A program made the translations under genes and the position numbers. Below the pieces are notes generated by a model that worked only from the letters and a program-made list of their open reading frames with translations, ran no database searches and was not told the DNA's origin. Below, piece by piece: positions 36,019 through 49,683 of a stretch of DNA of 64,000 nt. The stretch covers positions 1-64,000 of the forward strand of contig NIVC01002727.1 of NCBI GenBank assembly GCA_002269645.1, written 5' to 3'. Origin of the DNA: Macrostomum lignano (Eukaryota). The first letter of the stretch is position 1; the number at the start of each line of letters is the position of its first letter.

Positions 36019-36570
36019 CAAGGACGACTTAAGTAGAAGGAAATGAAACCTCGTTTCTTAGAAAATTTTAGAAGGCAGTTTTACCGAAATAATACACTAC
36101 GGAGATAGAAAGTTTTCATTTTTCAGCACAAAAATTGCTATTGTTTTGATTTGGAGGCAGATCCAGTGTTCATCTTTTAATATGTTGTGCCTTTCTAATT
36201 GCTCTAGTGATAGTTATAGAGCTTTTTGTTCAAAGAATTAGGGTTCTATGTTAATTTTTTATTCTACGTACATTTCCTGTACCTAAAAATAAAAATGCAT
36301 GGCACAACTCCAGTATTTCGTAGAATAAAAAATTAACATAGAATCGTAATTCTTTTGAACGAAAAGCTTTATGAATATCGATAGAGCAATAAGAAAAGCA
36401 CAACATATCAAAAAATTAACACTGGATCTGCCTCCTATCAAAAGCAATAACAATTTTTGTGCTGAAAAAATGAAAACTTCCTATCTCCGTAGTGTAATTT
36501 TCCGGGAAAACTGCCTTCTAAAATTTTCTAAGAAACGAGGTTTCCCGTCCTTCTACTTAAGTCGTCCTTG
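36019..36570. mobile_element. MITE, P/hAT-like, copy 2 (552 bp)
   Basis: ~250-bp TIRs CAAGGACGACTTAAGTAG...CTACTTAAGTCGTCCTTG. Perfect 8-bp TSD GCTTCAAC at 36011-36018 and 36571-36578. Homologous to 411-1104 but with a shorter core. Confidence 0.92.
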
Positions 36571-37794
36571 GCTTCAACTGGCTGACTATTTTTCCGAATA
36601 AAAAGGCAGAAATTCAATCAGCATATCTTAGCATCATTGCATACATTTATCACTAACCAGCTGACTGCCTGAACCCTTTCATCCTTTAGGAGTGGTGTAT
36701 GATTTAAGGCTGCATTATGGGGAACGAACGCGTAGGCTCTGAGATATCACGTGATATTTCCGTCTGCATGACATGGGATCCGCTGCATTATTATCATCTG
36801 AAGGTTCCTCATCTCCGCTGCATTAGTTTCTGATGCATGCTTGGATAATCCAGGTGTGCGGGCAGGTGGGCTCATCAGATGGGTTGCCTGGCGACTCCGA
36901 GGCCAAGAGTGTTCTCTTTCCAAAGAAGAAATTTTCATCTCGTTTTCTGGATACGAGCTTTCTCTGCAGGTAAGAAAATCGTGCTGAATTGATATCTGCT
37001 CCTTTCTCTCTTACTCCTCCTTCATCCATTCGTCCCCGAGCCTCAGCTGCCGCAGGGCGATACAAAAGGAGATAAGCGCGGAAGCGGCGGAGAAGTCGAT
37101 CTCGAGTTCGAAATCACCCCCCCCCCCGAGGCCTGCGCGGAGTCTGGATCTGCAGTGCGCGCCTTGATGCCGAGGTCGTGTCTCTTATCCCGACCGTGGG
37201 TGGGAATCAGCTTTACAGCCGGGCTTCGGGACATCCTCGTTTCCTCTCCTGGATGCGGCTGCTGCTCCGAAATGAGCTGAGCTCTCTCGGGAGCCACTAG
37301 TAGGAGCAGCGATCCAGCAATAATAGCCTGTTCTAGACAGACCTACGCTCGTAAAAAGCTCGTTTTATTTTCTTAATACTGGAATTACTTTGGCTACTTT
37401 GCGCGTCACTACACTTTGAAGTTTCAAAGTCAAAGAGTTTTTAAGCTACTTAAGACTCTGATTGATCTGCAGGGAGGAATGCTTAGCTACTGAGCCTAGT
37501 TAGCCGTGAACCTTGGGATTAAGCTTACCAGTCGAAATACAGTACAAGACGCAACGAGGCAAGTCGAAATTTTTTCATCAGTGCAAAAAATTTTTGCTTC
37601 ATGATCTTCGATGGACTAGTAAGTATACGAGCTAGTTTGAGCTCACTGTCTAAACGGATTTGAGCTCGTCTTTTTCCACTGTTGGGCGGGAAGGTTTTAC
37701 TAGGAAAGAAAAATCAATATCTTTGTATTGTGGCTTTCTCGGAGACAAATGAAAATTATAGCAAGGAACTTTGAGACATTTAAGTAAATAACTA

Positions 37795-38212
37795 ACGAGG
37801 GCAAGAGAGGGCAAGAGGGCAAGACTCAAAAAGGGCAGAATGATAGGCAGATAGGCATAGGGGTAGGGGGCAGAGGGGCAGAGGGAAAGAGGGGCAGAGG
37901 GAAAGAGGGGCAGAGGGGCAGAGGGGCAGAGGGGCAGATGGGCAGGGGGAGCAGAGGGGCAGAGGGGCAAGAGGGGCAGAAGGAAAGAGGGGCAGAGGGA
38001 AAGAGGGGCAGAGGGAAAGAGGGGCAGAGGGAAAGAGGGGCAGAGAGGCAGAGAGGCAGATGGGCAGGGGGAGCAGAGGGGCAGAGGGGCAAGAGGGGCA
38101 GAAGGAAAGAGGGGCAGAGGGAAAGAGGGGCAGAGGGAAAGAGGGGCAGAGGGGCAGAGGGGCAGAGGGGCAGAGGGGCAGAGGGGCAGAGGAGCAGAGG
38201 GGCGAGAAGCAG
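37795..38212. repeat. Polypurine AGAGGGGC / AGAGGGAA low-complexity repeat
   Basis: Almost all-purine 8/9-mer units. Confidence 0.9.
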
Positions 38213-41200
38213 AAGTGCAGAAGCGTAGAGGCACAGTGTATATTAATATAAAGTCTTCCAAACTAATCATCTAACTGCAAAAGTTTTGAACTTGCATGCA
38301 TAGCAGGATTGCACCAGTCTTGCGATAATCCGAAATGCCTTATGGCTCTGAGGATATCTGCCGAGGGCCGAGTTTTTCTCAGGTAGAAAAATTTACATAG
38401 CCACACTCCTCCATGGCAAGATCGCAGTCGCTGCAGTGTCCCAAAATCGAGCCAACAATCTTCCATGGCCGCAAGAATTGACTTGCGGCGTCCTAGAACG
38501 AGATCAAGAATGAAATGCGAAATAACCACGTGTCCGTGCAGAATAACCACGGTAGACTTAGCCTTTAGTAAAACAACATAGATGTATTCCGAATTCGCAT
38601 GTACATAATGCGTGTAAATAATGTAAATGTAACTAGACTTCACTTTGGAAGCATATGAACTTCCACTCAAGGACCACCATAGTAACAATTACAAATATTT
38701 TCTACGCTCTATACTGTACTTTTACTAAGCAAACGGGCTGAAATGCTGACATCAAAGAGCTATTTCAAAAATTTGTGATTGGGCCTTTTCATATTGCTTG
38801 TTCTGGTTCTAGAACCAGATCCAATTTTTAAAGTATAACTTTTTCTCTCCTTAACTAAAGGGATGTACGTGCTTTAAAGTTGTAATTATTGAATTGCAAT
38901 AGCCAAGAAGAAAGTGAAAAAAAATTGCAACGTGAGGCTGTTAAGGCAGTCGAACATTCAACAGAGTTAAATAAGTTATACTGCTTTTTTTCTCGGAAGA
39001 TCCGAACCGATTCTGGTTCTGGAATCGGTAGTGTGAAAAGCCTAATTGCCAGAAAGTGTCACAATAAGGGTGGGGAATTTAAGTAAAATTCGCTTCATTA
39101 GAAATTTTTAAAGTAACTCGTATGTTATGGTTTGCAGTCTTGCGTTAACACATGTGAATTAGAATTAAACATTCTGTTTCTCTAGAGACCGACAAATATT
39201 CGTATTGATATTAAAGTTTTAAAAAATGCTACATAACTTGCAAAACTCGGATTCGCGAAAAAACAGGCAAATTATTACACAAAAGGCGAACGTCTGGGTG
39301 CCTAACAGTAAGGAATACTAACAACAAGCCATTCTTTTGTCCGTCGAACTACAATGGGCTGAAATTTTTCTTGCTGCAACCGAAACAATATTTGACCACC
39401 TGATGCACCTGCCGAAGGTTCAGAAGCTCCGTCTGGGTGAAGGGCAGTGACTAACAAAGTCAGAGATGATGTACATTCACGGTCGAGGTGCTTCGCAGTG
39501 CAACTGGTTCACATGTACGGCAGAGGGCTGTATTGAATGCACATCGCAGATGGGAAAAATCCGACCTTCTAGCAGAGTTGTTGAATTGAATATCTCGACG
39601 GCCCGGAGTGTTGGCGACTTGATTCATGTTTGAGAAGGGCACAACAAAGAGCTAGCCCGTTGTTCTTTAAAATTTCGTTTGCCTGCGTTGCTTCGCTTCT
39701 GCGCTGCACAAAAAATTTCTTGAAAGAGGTACAGATTAACTGTTAAGCCTTATCCTTGCGCCACAGATACGTCACACTCACTTCAAACTTTAAGCATATT
39801 TAATTGGTTACAAGTATAAATTTGCCATCTATAGATTTTGTTTGAATTCGCAATTTCTAAGAATCAGAGTTCAATGTTTTAAGTAACTGAGGTGGGGTCG
39901 GAGAAAGAAAATTTGGTGGGCGGTCGATGGTCGATTTCGTGTGAAAATTGCTATTTCGAATAGCCGCCGTCGTGGCCATAACTTGGCACTCGTAAAGCCG
40001 GAAAGTTGCACGGACTTGTTCAGGTCGATTTTCTCCTTAATTCCGGGGGAGGGTAGTCGTAATCGCGGTCGAGGGGTCGCTTAGCAGGCACGGTCGTTCA
40101 GTTGGGTCCTCATACACCGTAGATTCAATGTACGTTGATTCACTTAGTTGCTTAATAGTAGATAGTAGTTAATAGTACAGTAGCGCTGCCACCACCGTAA
40201 TTTCGTATTACGGAACGTTGAGATCTCAGAGCTCGTATCGGAGTTTAGATTAATTGGGTATATCGGTAATTCACGGCCCGGCCCGGCGAGGGGGGGGGCT
40301 ATTTAGCCAATGTAAATCTATTTTAGTAAATAAGTAAAGCAAAAAATACTACCAACACCCGAGAGATTAATTAGGTTGTTTTACGCCCCACGGGCAAAAT
40401 GACTCAAGATAAACTATCAGTGCTTCGAATAATTATTGAGGGTAAATGAGTTATTGTTTATTGAGTATTAATTGAAATAAAATTGCTCAACTGTTGGTTA
40501 TTATTAACTACTGACGAAACTGTTCCGGCGGTGCCGAGGTGCTGATTAAATATTAATAGAAATTAACAAGTTGCCATAGGCTATATTAGTGTCGCGAGTC
40601 AGAGATGAAAACAGTAGTTACAGGGATGAACAAAATAGGAAAGAAAACAGGCATGCAAAATGTGCGGCCAGATCCGGCCAAATTGCATAAAAATTATTAA
40701 CCGACATGTGCGGCGACCGATGGGGCGGAGGATGGGGCTACCGCTGCGGCAAAGAATGGGGCAGCAGAAAACACAGACAAACAAAAAAATGACAAAAACA
40801 AGGCCAACCGAAGTGGCACAGGATGGGGCATGGGATGGGGCAGAAGGACGAGAAAAACCACCAGAAGGGCATAGGACATAGACCATAGACCATATGGTCT
40901 ATGGTCATGGTCTATGGTCTATGGTTAATCCATAGACCATATTATTGTATAAGCCAATTGACATTTAAAATTTATTAATTTAGGCCTATCTTTTATTAAG
41001 TTAGGGCCTAGGCCTAGGCCTAGTTAAAGAAAGATTAGGCCTAACTTTTAACCTAGGCTTACTCTGTTTTGAAAATTATATATAAGTTTAAGAAATAAGT
41101 TAAAAATGTCTATAAATATCTATCAGTACGGCCTATAAATACTTAGAGTCTTAGGCCTAGCTGCCTAGTCAAAATTTAAAAATGTCTATAAATAAAAAAA

Positions 41201-43093
41201 TGTCTATAAATATCTATAAATGTCTATAAAATAATTTTTTTTGATGCAATGAACTGCCTTACAATGTCAGTCTAGGCTTTTATAACCTTGCTGACAATGT
41301 AGGCCTACTTCTTGGATATGCACTATGTCCCCCTATGACTAATGACTAGGCCTAAAGGACATGAAAAAGGTCCATAATAAGGTCAGATTCTAGTTTCTTT
41401 GTCCCAGAATAAAACACTCAAGTAGCCTCATGCAGTAGCATATCTAATGCTAACATATAGATCAAAGGTAGCATCTATCAAAGTTTAGATCCTGTTGCCA
41501 AAGTTGCATTTATCTAGCTGTCCTATTGTTCCTACAAATGCATTACTATGTAGAGTCTTGACTAGGCCTTGAGGTCTTGACTGTTGCTTCTTAAAATAAA
41601 TTGTATGAGTTGGTATCATTTATATCATAGTTATTGAGTGTTTAAATATTTTAGCTTCAAAAGCCTATACTTACTATAAGTACAATGAAAAGCAAAATCT
41701 AACAAATAGTGCACTTTCTCATTTGCAGGTTTAAAGACACAAGTAATTGTAATAAAGCAACCAATGTACCACTGCTTTGTCAAGTTGCACTGTGTGCTAA
41801 TAGTTGGATTCCATTGTCATATGGAAATATATGTGCAATAAAATTAGAATAGGCCCCTAGAGCACTTGATTGCTCAACTTGTATAGTATTATTGGTCCTA
41901 TAATGGTCAGGACAACCTATGATTCCTGGCCTTTACCAGATAGAAATGTCTAGTGTATAGTACTAATGTAGGTGGTCATGTATTTGCAAATCAGCTATGA
42001 GTTTAAGCCAAGGCTTTAGTGCCACTCTGCCTGCTATACAAAGTGCTTCACTGCATTTAATATATAGTAAACTGTTTAATACTAATATCTAAATCATAGT
42101 CTATTTGCAACAAAGCAACAATGGCAGTATCCATTACTGTAGTATCAATAGCCTTAGCCTTAGCAGAGTGCTTTTTCAATGTTTTTGTATGATACATACA
42201 TGTGCAACTGCTGGCCGACCTGGCCGATCTGGCCACCGTAAATTGTGGTGGACCAGGGGTAAGTCGCAAAAATGCCACCCCAAAGAATATGGACGTAGTA
42301 CTAATTAGATGCCGAGGCATTTATGGCTGATAAGACAGTCATAGTTACTCCTGCCGTTTACCCAAAACTGCGTTAATTTTGGTTTAGAGTTTTTTTCATA
42401 GGCCTAGGTAAGTCGCATTTTTGGTCAAAAAGTAAGTCGCATGGCCAGTGTAAATCAGGGGGGTTGCGCATGTATGGTATGATACCAAGCTATCGAGCAG
42501 GGCAGTGGCAAGTTGTATGAATTATGAAATCTATTTCTATATCTAATTGTTCATATGCAGTCCAATTGTAATTTCCGTAAGAGCAATCTTTGTCTACAAG
42601 CCAGCTATAAAGCAAAGTTACACCTTGGAATTTGCCACTTGATATTTGAATTTAAATAGTTTCATATTGTGATGTGAATTGTTTGTTCAGTATAATTTAG
42701 TCAATAGTCTATGGGTCTATTTTAAGAAATAGTCAATAGATCATGAAAATAAATTTGACAGGAATCATAAGATAAGTATAGATTAGAAGCTAATAAGACA
42801 TGAGCTAGGTTTGGTGGAAAGAAGACATGGAATTACCACACTACCTTTGCAAAGCAAGCTGTAGCAAGGTTTTAGCTATGGATAGTGATTAACATCAAAG
42901 CCTTAAAAATGGCATTCAAGAAAGCTGGTTACATTTGGCCATAGAAAAGCCATCTTTCAATGTGGCTGCTTGCCATCTTGCACAAACTCTATGAGCTTTC
43001 CAATAGAATCAAGCAAATCTAAGAGGCCAAGCAGATTCAATAGAAAATCATAGCCAAAGAGCTTGTACTATAATGTCTCATCATCCTGGCAGT

Positions 43094-43281
43094 CAGTAGT
43101 GGATCCAGAAAATTTTGAACGGGGGATATAGACTACTGAGGTACATATATATTCATATCATGTACAAGTATATGTACATGACAATTTGTATTTTCCATAT
43201 AAAAAATCAAAAAATCAAACTCAATGGGGGGGAGGCGCACCCTGTGTGCCCCCCTCTAAATCTGGGTAAAATCTGCTACTG
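43094..43281. mobile_element. Small hAT-like MITE (188 bp)
   Basis: Short imperfect TIRs CAGTAGTGGAT / ATCTGCTACTG. Perfect 8-bp TSD CTGGCAGT at 43086-43093 and 43282-43289. Confidence 0.75.
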
Positions 43282-43864
43282 CTGGCAGTTAGGATGCTCT
43301 GAGTAAAGGCCTTGTGAAGTACTGTAGTAATGAAATTAAAAATGACACTTTAGTAACTTCACTAACTTCAAATTTCAATTAGTTAGTCAATCATATAGTA
43401 AAAAATATTTGCCTTAGGAATCTACAATCATGTCCCACATCTTCAGTATGGAGCCTAAAGGAAGGAAGCATTGAGCAGCATAGGCTGAGATGTGCTTGGC
43501 CTTGAACCTTTCTATTGCATCTTTTTTTTCTTTAGTGGCTTTTTCAAGAGCTTTTGCAAAGGGCACCTGGACTTTTATTTCTTAGTTGAGTGGTACTACT
43601 AGATATATGAACTAAAAATATAAGTATAAGTTCCTATAATTATATCTATAGCTATAGTTGAACTCTAATATTACTTATTATTCTATTAAAATATTGCATT
43701 AAAAAATAAAGATAAGCAGTTGGCCATAATCTAGATCATGTTAAATGCATTTTGAAATGTATAATAAGGAATTTTTTGTTTGCATATATACATGCCCAAT
43801 ATCAAAATTTCACTTAGCTAGTTGCCTCTGGTTGTAACTTAGTTGCCTCTAGCAACATACATGT

Positions 43865-44016
43865 GCAACCTCAGGAATCACTTGGCTGTTTCTATTGACA
43901 ACACACACATGTAAGTTGCTATTGGCTGAGAGCAGTCACGTGACTACTATTCTGTCCAATAGCAACTTATATGTGTGCATTGCCAATATAAATAGCCTGG
44001 TGAATCCCTAGGTTGT
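43865..44016. repeat. ~150-bp imperfect palindrome, probably an old MITE
   Basis: Arms such as CACACATGTAAGTTGCTATTGG / CCAATAGCAACTTATATGTGTG surround the central AGTCACGTGACT. Confidence 0.75.
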
Positions 44017-46870
44017 GCCCAAGCATGTCTGGCTATCATATACAACTTAGTCCATTTTTGCTTCTTTTCCTTAGTTATTCTTCATTTTTTAAAGATTTTT
44101 GAAGCTGTAAAAATGAAGTTTATTTTCAAATTTAGAATGTTTATCATAATAAATAAACTGCCTATGTGGAAACACTAGTTTTCTGCAGTCAGTCTGCAAT
44201 TATTTTCTGCACTTTTCTGTAGTTGGGATTCATGATATGGCTCATTCTATATAAGCACATTCGTAACATGACAGGCTATTTTTACTTACAAAATGAAATC
44301 TAATAATAGAATATACTAAACCAACATTTTAAATGAAATATTTTTTCTAGAATATATTTATAGAGTTTCATATAGATATCATCATTAGTATAGATGCTAT
44401 TAAACCTTAAATGACACTTATGGTCCTAATGACAGGATTTTTGACATATAGAAAATAAAAGGTAAAAGTCTTATAACATTTTTCATTTTTGATATTTTGC
44501 AATACATTTTTAAAATTTGACTCAGAACATCTTTAGAAATCATACTCTTTTATTAGAATATATAAACTCAAAAGGCAACAAAGATACAAAAGAAAAGGCA
44601 GCCTTATGGTCGTAACATTATGGTCATAACATATGATATCTTATTGCAAATTTCTCTATTATTGACCAAACTTAAATGAGAAAACCTAATTGCTAAATAT
44701 CATAAGCTATTCTTTTAAGCATTTTTCATTATCTTAACATCATTGGCATTTGCACTTTTAACTAGTGATACAAGCCACTAGCTGACTTTAAGTACCCTGT
44801 TGCAACTATATTATGTTTCTATTATAAAGCTCAAGACAAGTCTTAGCTATTGAGCATCTTCAACTAGTCTTCCAAGTATTTAGTCACTATCCTGACATTA
44901 GGCACCTTCAACAGGTGGCATTGGGCCCATTAGATAGATTCTGGAAATGTAAAGAAATGCATTAAGGCCAAGGGTCTAAAAATGAAGGTAACAAGGACTA
45001 TGTTATGGGGTCAAAGATAAACTAGGAGGAGGTCCAATGGATGGAAATTTCCTATGCTGCTACTTAGTGCATGTTGAAAAAGTGCCATATGCTAAATATC
45101 ACTTGAATTAATTTTTTTATCATACCTATAAAAGCTGATACCAAGACTTGACAATTGACAGATAACAAATAAATAATACGAGTACAGCTCTCAAGCGAGC
45201 CAGTTCTGATATATTATATTTAATCAGGAAATGTACACTCAGTGTGATAGAATCGACAAATCAATAAACTTAAAGATACACAGAGCAGGAAGGTATGCAT
45301 ACATGCACAGGAACAGAGGGGGAGAGACAGTAACACACAAGCAACAAAGCCAACACTGCCCACCTAAAGAGCTAAGCTGCAGCTTCCTTGATACAATAGT
45401 TCAAACAGCTGCTTAAATGGATGAAGATTATACAATTCCCTATCCTCTGGCTTCCCAACTTGGGATCAACTCCCTGATTCAGCTCATGATCTGTGGCACC
45501 AGAATCACCATGCCTCATCAAATCGTTACACTCCTCGAGCTGATTGGACTGGGCCTCGGGTTTGTCCACGTCTGGAAATCCTTCAGCAGAGGCAGCTGTG
45601 TCAGGCCAGTGGCTCCACTGGTTCGCATGCGCCAGTCGCAGTCCACCATTGCGTTGTTCAGTCGAGGTCACGAGTGCCATGTTCAGGCCGTGCTGCACCA
45701 CAAACTTAGCAGGCATCAGTGCGGAGTCAGGCCATGCTGCACCACAAACTTAGCAGGCATCAGTGCGGAGTCAGGACGTGTTTAGGCCGTGCTGCACCAC
45801 AAACTTAGCAGGCATCAGTGCGGAGTCAGGACGAGCGTGAGCCAGATGGGATTAACGACTTGCTCGCTCATGGTCAGCGGGTGACGCAGCCGTCAGCCCC
45901 ACATTTGCACAACAGGCAAAGCCATGCTGTTTCCATTTGGCCGACTTGTTCCTTAATAGTCGGCAGCAACTTCTGTAGAAAATGGTCAAACGGTACCACC
46001 TTTGTTCAGGTCTTCAGACTGCTCACCACCCTCTCGGCTTGCCCACTTGACGCTGGATGATACGATGAGGTGTGCACCTCCTGACACACAGTGCTTCATA
46101 ACTTCCAAGCAGTAATTTCCTTTGAAAATGCTTGTTGTTGAGCTGACTTCAACAAAAGTTCTTCTGCAGCATTGAGCTCGTGTGCTGCCAGTGCTATTGA
46201 TCTGTTAGTTGTCTGAACAACTCGACTGCTTCAAAGGTTGCTCATGATCCTTGATCCAAGCTAGATCGCGTACCAGACTGAAGTAATGCGAAAACCTACC
46301 TACGTCTACGACGGAACAGACACTGCTGTGCGCCATTAGCTTCTTAATTCCGTTCATCACTTATTGATACTACTTCTCCTTTGATAGATTCTTTTAGGCG
46401 AGAACGCCTAACTGCAGATCGTCAGGTGAATCCGGGTAGATTTCAGTTTGAAGGTCGCTACAGCCACTGAGAGGCTTTCTCCGATTTGACCTCGGGCGCT
46501 TTGTCTGATTGCAGCGTCCCCGGTACTCACAGTGGTCCATGTGAACCCGGGACCGGGGCTCGCTCTCTGCTGGCCAGGTGTCAATCTTCCGCTGCACAAC
46601 CGGCCGCTTCTCAGCACACGGCTTTAACGAAAAGCCGCACTGGGTTGGGACTCAGGCAAAATGTTGTAAATTATTTAAATACAGTTGCCCTTTTAACTGT
46701 ATCATTTTAACACATATAAAAACAGGTTTTGGTAGTAGTTTATTTTTCTGGCATATTTAAACACATTTTATAAACATTGCTATAAGCAGACTTGACTGTT
46801 CTGTTTTTTGCTGCCTATTGTGAGCTCTCTATATAGCTAGAAGCAGTGCATTTAAACTGCAGCACCCAGC

Positions 46871-48830
46871 ATGTCTGCAGTCAGCCAGAAGGCAGACACA
46901 ATTTGCCGCGGTTGCGACCAGGCATTTTATTCTCTGGATCAGCTGATGTACCACAGGCTGACATGCTGTCCGGGCATTGACACCGCCTCCACAGACCAGC
47001 TGTTTGGCTGCAGGATTTGCGGCCTGGTCACCAACCGGCTGTTTATGGTGAAGCGGCACTGCCGGGAGTCTCACGGAGATGACTCCGACCTGCTGCTGGT
47101 GGCCACCCTGCACCAGCGGCCGGATGTTCAGCTGTTGGCGCCGCCAGTGTCTGTTCAAACGGCTGCTTCTGTTGCCTCTGCGCCTGTTGCTTCTGAGCCT
47201 GTTGCCTCTGCTACTGCTGCTGCTGCTGCTTTGACTGTTCAGTCACAGCCAGACACTCAGCAATCCGTCAGTCAGCCCAGCAAGAAGCGGCTCCGAGCTT
47301 CCAGATCTCCGTCCGTTTCGCAGTCCTCGGTAGAAGCCAGACCTGCGAAGCGAAAGTCGCTGTCCACCGCAGAGGCTGGCAGCTCTAAGAGATCCAGCAT
47401 TAGTAGCGAGAAGAATGCAAGGAGCTCCAACTCCCGAACACGTAAGGCTGCTAGCAGAGCCGCAGTCAGGCATTCGTTGCCTGCGACTGCAAGCAAAAAA
47501 GCCAAGTCTAGAAAATCGCTGAATTCTGCCAAACTGCTTGAGTCTCAAAATTCTGTTGCTCTGAAGACGGAACAAAAAAGCGTCTGGTGAGTTGAAGAGC
47601 GAGGACTCATCTAGATTCCAATGGGATTTGAGCTACTGAGGTACTCAGGTGGGATTTGAGCTACTCGGGTGGGATTTGAGCTACTGAGGTACTCGGGTGG
47701 GATTTGAGCTACTCAGGTAGGATTTGAGCTACTCGGGTGGGATTTGAGCTACTCGGTTGGGATTTGAGCTACTGAGGTGGGATTTGAGCTACTCGGTTGG
47801 GATTTGAGCTACTGAGGTGGGATTTGAGCTACTCAGGTGGGATTTGAGCTACTCGGGTGGGATTTGAGCTACTCGGTTGGGATTTGAGCTACTGAGGTGG
47901 GATTTGAGCTTCTGAGGTGGGATTTGAGCTACTCAGGTGAAATTTTGAGCTACTGAGACGGGATTTGAACGGCGGTAAGGATTCAGTAAGTGACTCGTTT
48001 GGTTTAGTTTTGACACTAAATTGTCGCTCTTCAGCGCTTTTTCCGCTGCTTCCGCGGCCGCTGTCGCCAAGAAGACGCGAACCCGGGCCGCCGCCGTAGC
48101 CGCCGCGGTCGCCACAACGGCGGCCATCCTGAATGGCGGTCGCCACAACGGCCGCCACGCCAGCTCGCATAATCCAAGCGAGCAGAAATCGGCCTCCTCG
48201 CCTGCAGCTGCCCCAGCCTCCTCTGCTGCTTCATCAGGTTCGAAATCGAAAACTCCGAGTTCAAAAGCCAAAACTCAATCGAACTCGAAGCCGAGGTCCA
48301 AGCCGGCCCCGCGAATCTGCGTATCGCATAAGATTTTCTCCGCCATGTCGGCGGCAAGCGGCGACGTCAGGGTCCGGCTGGGTCGCCTGCCGCAGGCGGT
48401 GCTGGACCAGCTGCACCGCAACGGTAAGTTCGTGCTGCCCGCCGGCTCAGGCGCTGATGACTTCGCCACCGACGCTGCCAGAACTTGTTCATCGACGTCG
48501 ATGTCGGCAGAGGAGCAGCAGGCGCAACAGCAGAGGCTGGTCGACCAGCTGCCGCCTGCACCTGTCGTTGAGCCGCCGCCAGAGCCGGTGATGTCGCCGC
48601 TCCTGCCGGTCTCCATGGTGGGGGACGAGCCGCTGCGCCTGCCGGACACCTCGCAGCCGCCAATCGACGGAGTTTCAATCGATGGCGACGGGAACTGCGG
48701 CCGCGACGGCGAGTTGGTCGACGACGACGAACGCTACGACACAGACAAATCTCAGGCGACGGCGACCGAAGAGATGCACAGTGAGGCTGTCGGACTGCAG
48801 CTGGTCACCGTGCCGCTGGAGGCTCTGTAG
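46871..48830 (+). CDS. C2H2-like zinc-finger protein with long S/A/K/R low-complexity region; exons 46871-47586 and 48035-48830, about 503 aa
   Basis: Fingers [21 protein letters not shown] and [22 protein letters not shown]. The GTGAGT donor at 47587 and the TTCAG acceptor at 48034 join the two ORFs in frame (TG+C). Confidence 0.7.
47620..47965. repeat. Intronic ~20-22-bp minisatellite
   Basis: Unit GGTGGGATTTGAGCTACTC(G/A)G, filling most of the zinc-finger gene intron. Confidence 0.9.
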
Positions 48831-48862
48831 ACTGCCTGCTGGCTGCCAGGATCAGATAGGCC

Positions 48863-48905
<43 letters not shown>

Positions 48906-48936
48906 TAGTGTCTGTCTGTCTGTCTTTCTGTCTGAC

Positions 48937-48969
<33 letters not shown>

Positions 48970-48991
48970 GACTGCCTGTCTGTCTGTCTGC

Positions 48992-49031
<40 letters not shown>

Positions 49032-49051
49032 GTCTGTCTGTCTGTCTGTCT
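48863..49051. repeat. (TCTG)n microsatellite
   Basis: Directly visible run just 3' of the stop codon. Confidence 0.95.
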
Positions 49052-49683
49052 GGCTGCTCACCGCAGCTCAGTCCGTTCAGCAGCAGCAAATTTCCCATTG
49101 GTTCAGTCATTCTAACCGCATCTTTGCTAACGATTTGGATTGCACTGCTAGTGGAATAATTTCGGTTATTTAATTTTCGCCTACAATTTTTTTCTGCTGT
49201 AAAATTCCTCTCTGATTGTGTCCAGGGTCTGCAAAGGTGTACAAATGTCCTTTGAAATGCGGTGCAAAGTTCTGGTCTAGGTCACGGATATTTTAATCAT
49301 GTCGTCAGTTACGATTTCTGTTTGTAGTAAAATTTATAAAAATAATCGTTGCTTTTAATTCTTTAAATTATGCTTACCAATGTTACCTTGAGAACGGTTT
49401 AGTAAATTTGCGCAACGTACTACTGTCAGAGCTATAATCAATCGATGAGCTATTTTGGCTATGTAAAATCTATGTTCAGTTTTTATCAATAAACTTTTAA
49501 CCTTTCTGGTGGCCGCCAACTATGGTTTGAGTTTCTCCCGTTTGTAGGCCGATGGTAAAGAGTTGGGCATTTTCCCTCTCAATTCCCGCAACGCCGTGTA
49601 CTTTTAGTTGTTGTTTGATCCTCAAATCATCAAACTGCTCCGAGTTTATGGCTTTGTCTCATCTGCCTAACTGTACCACCCTC

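Noticed and set aside
38263-38688. 141-aa minus-strand ORF, and other short ORFs at 33251-33975, 39460-39642 and 46394-46617
   Set aside because: No recognisable domain, host-like codon bias or consistent splice chain. They might be isolated exons but cannot be supported.
45372-46060. Possible retroelement remnant with a 3x ~46-bp internal duplication (about 45690-45835)
   Set aside because: Only vague Cys/Trp patterns across multiple stops; no diagnostic RT, endonuclease or integrase motif recognised.
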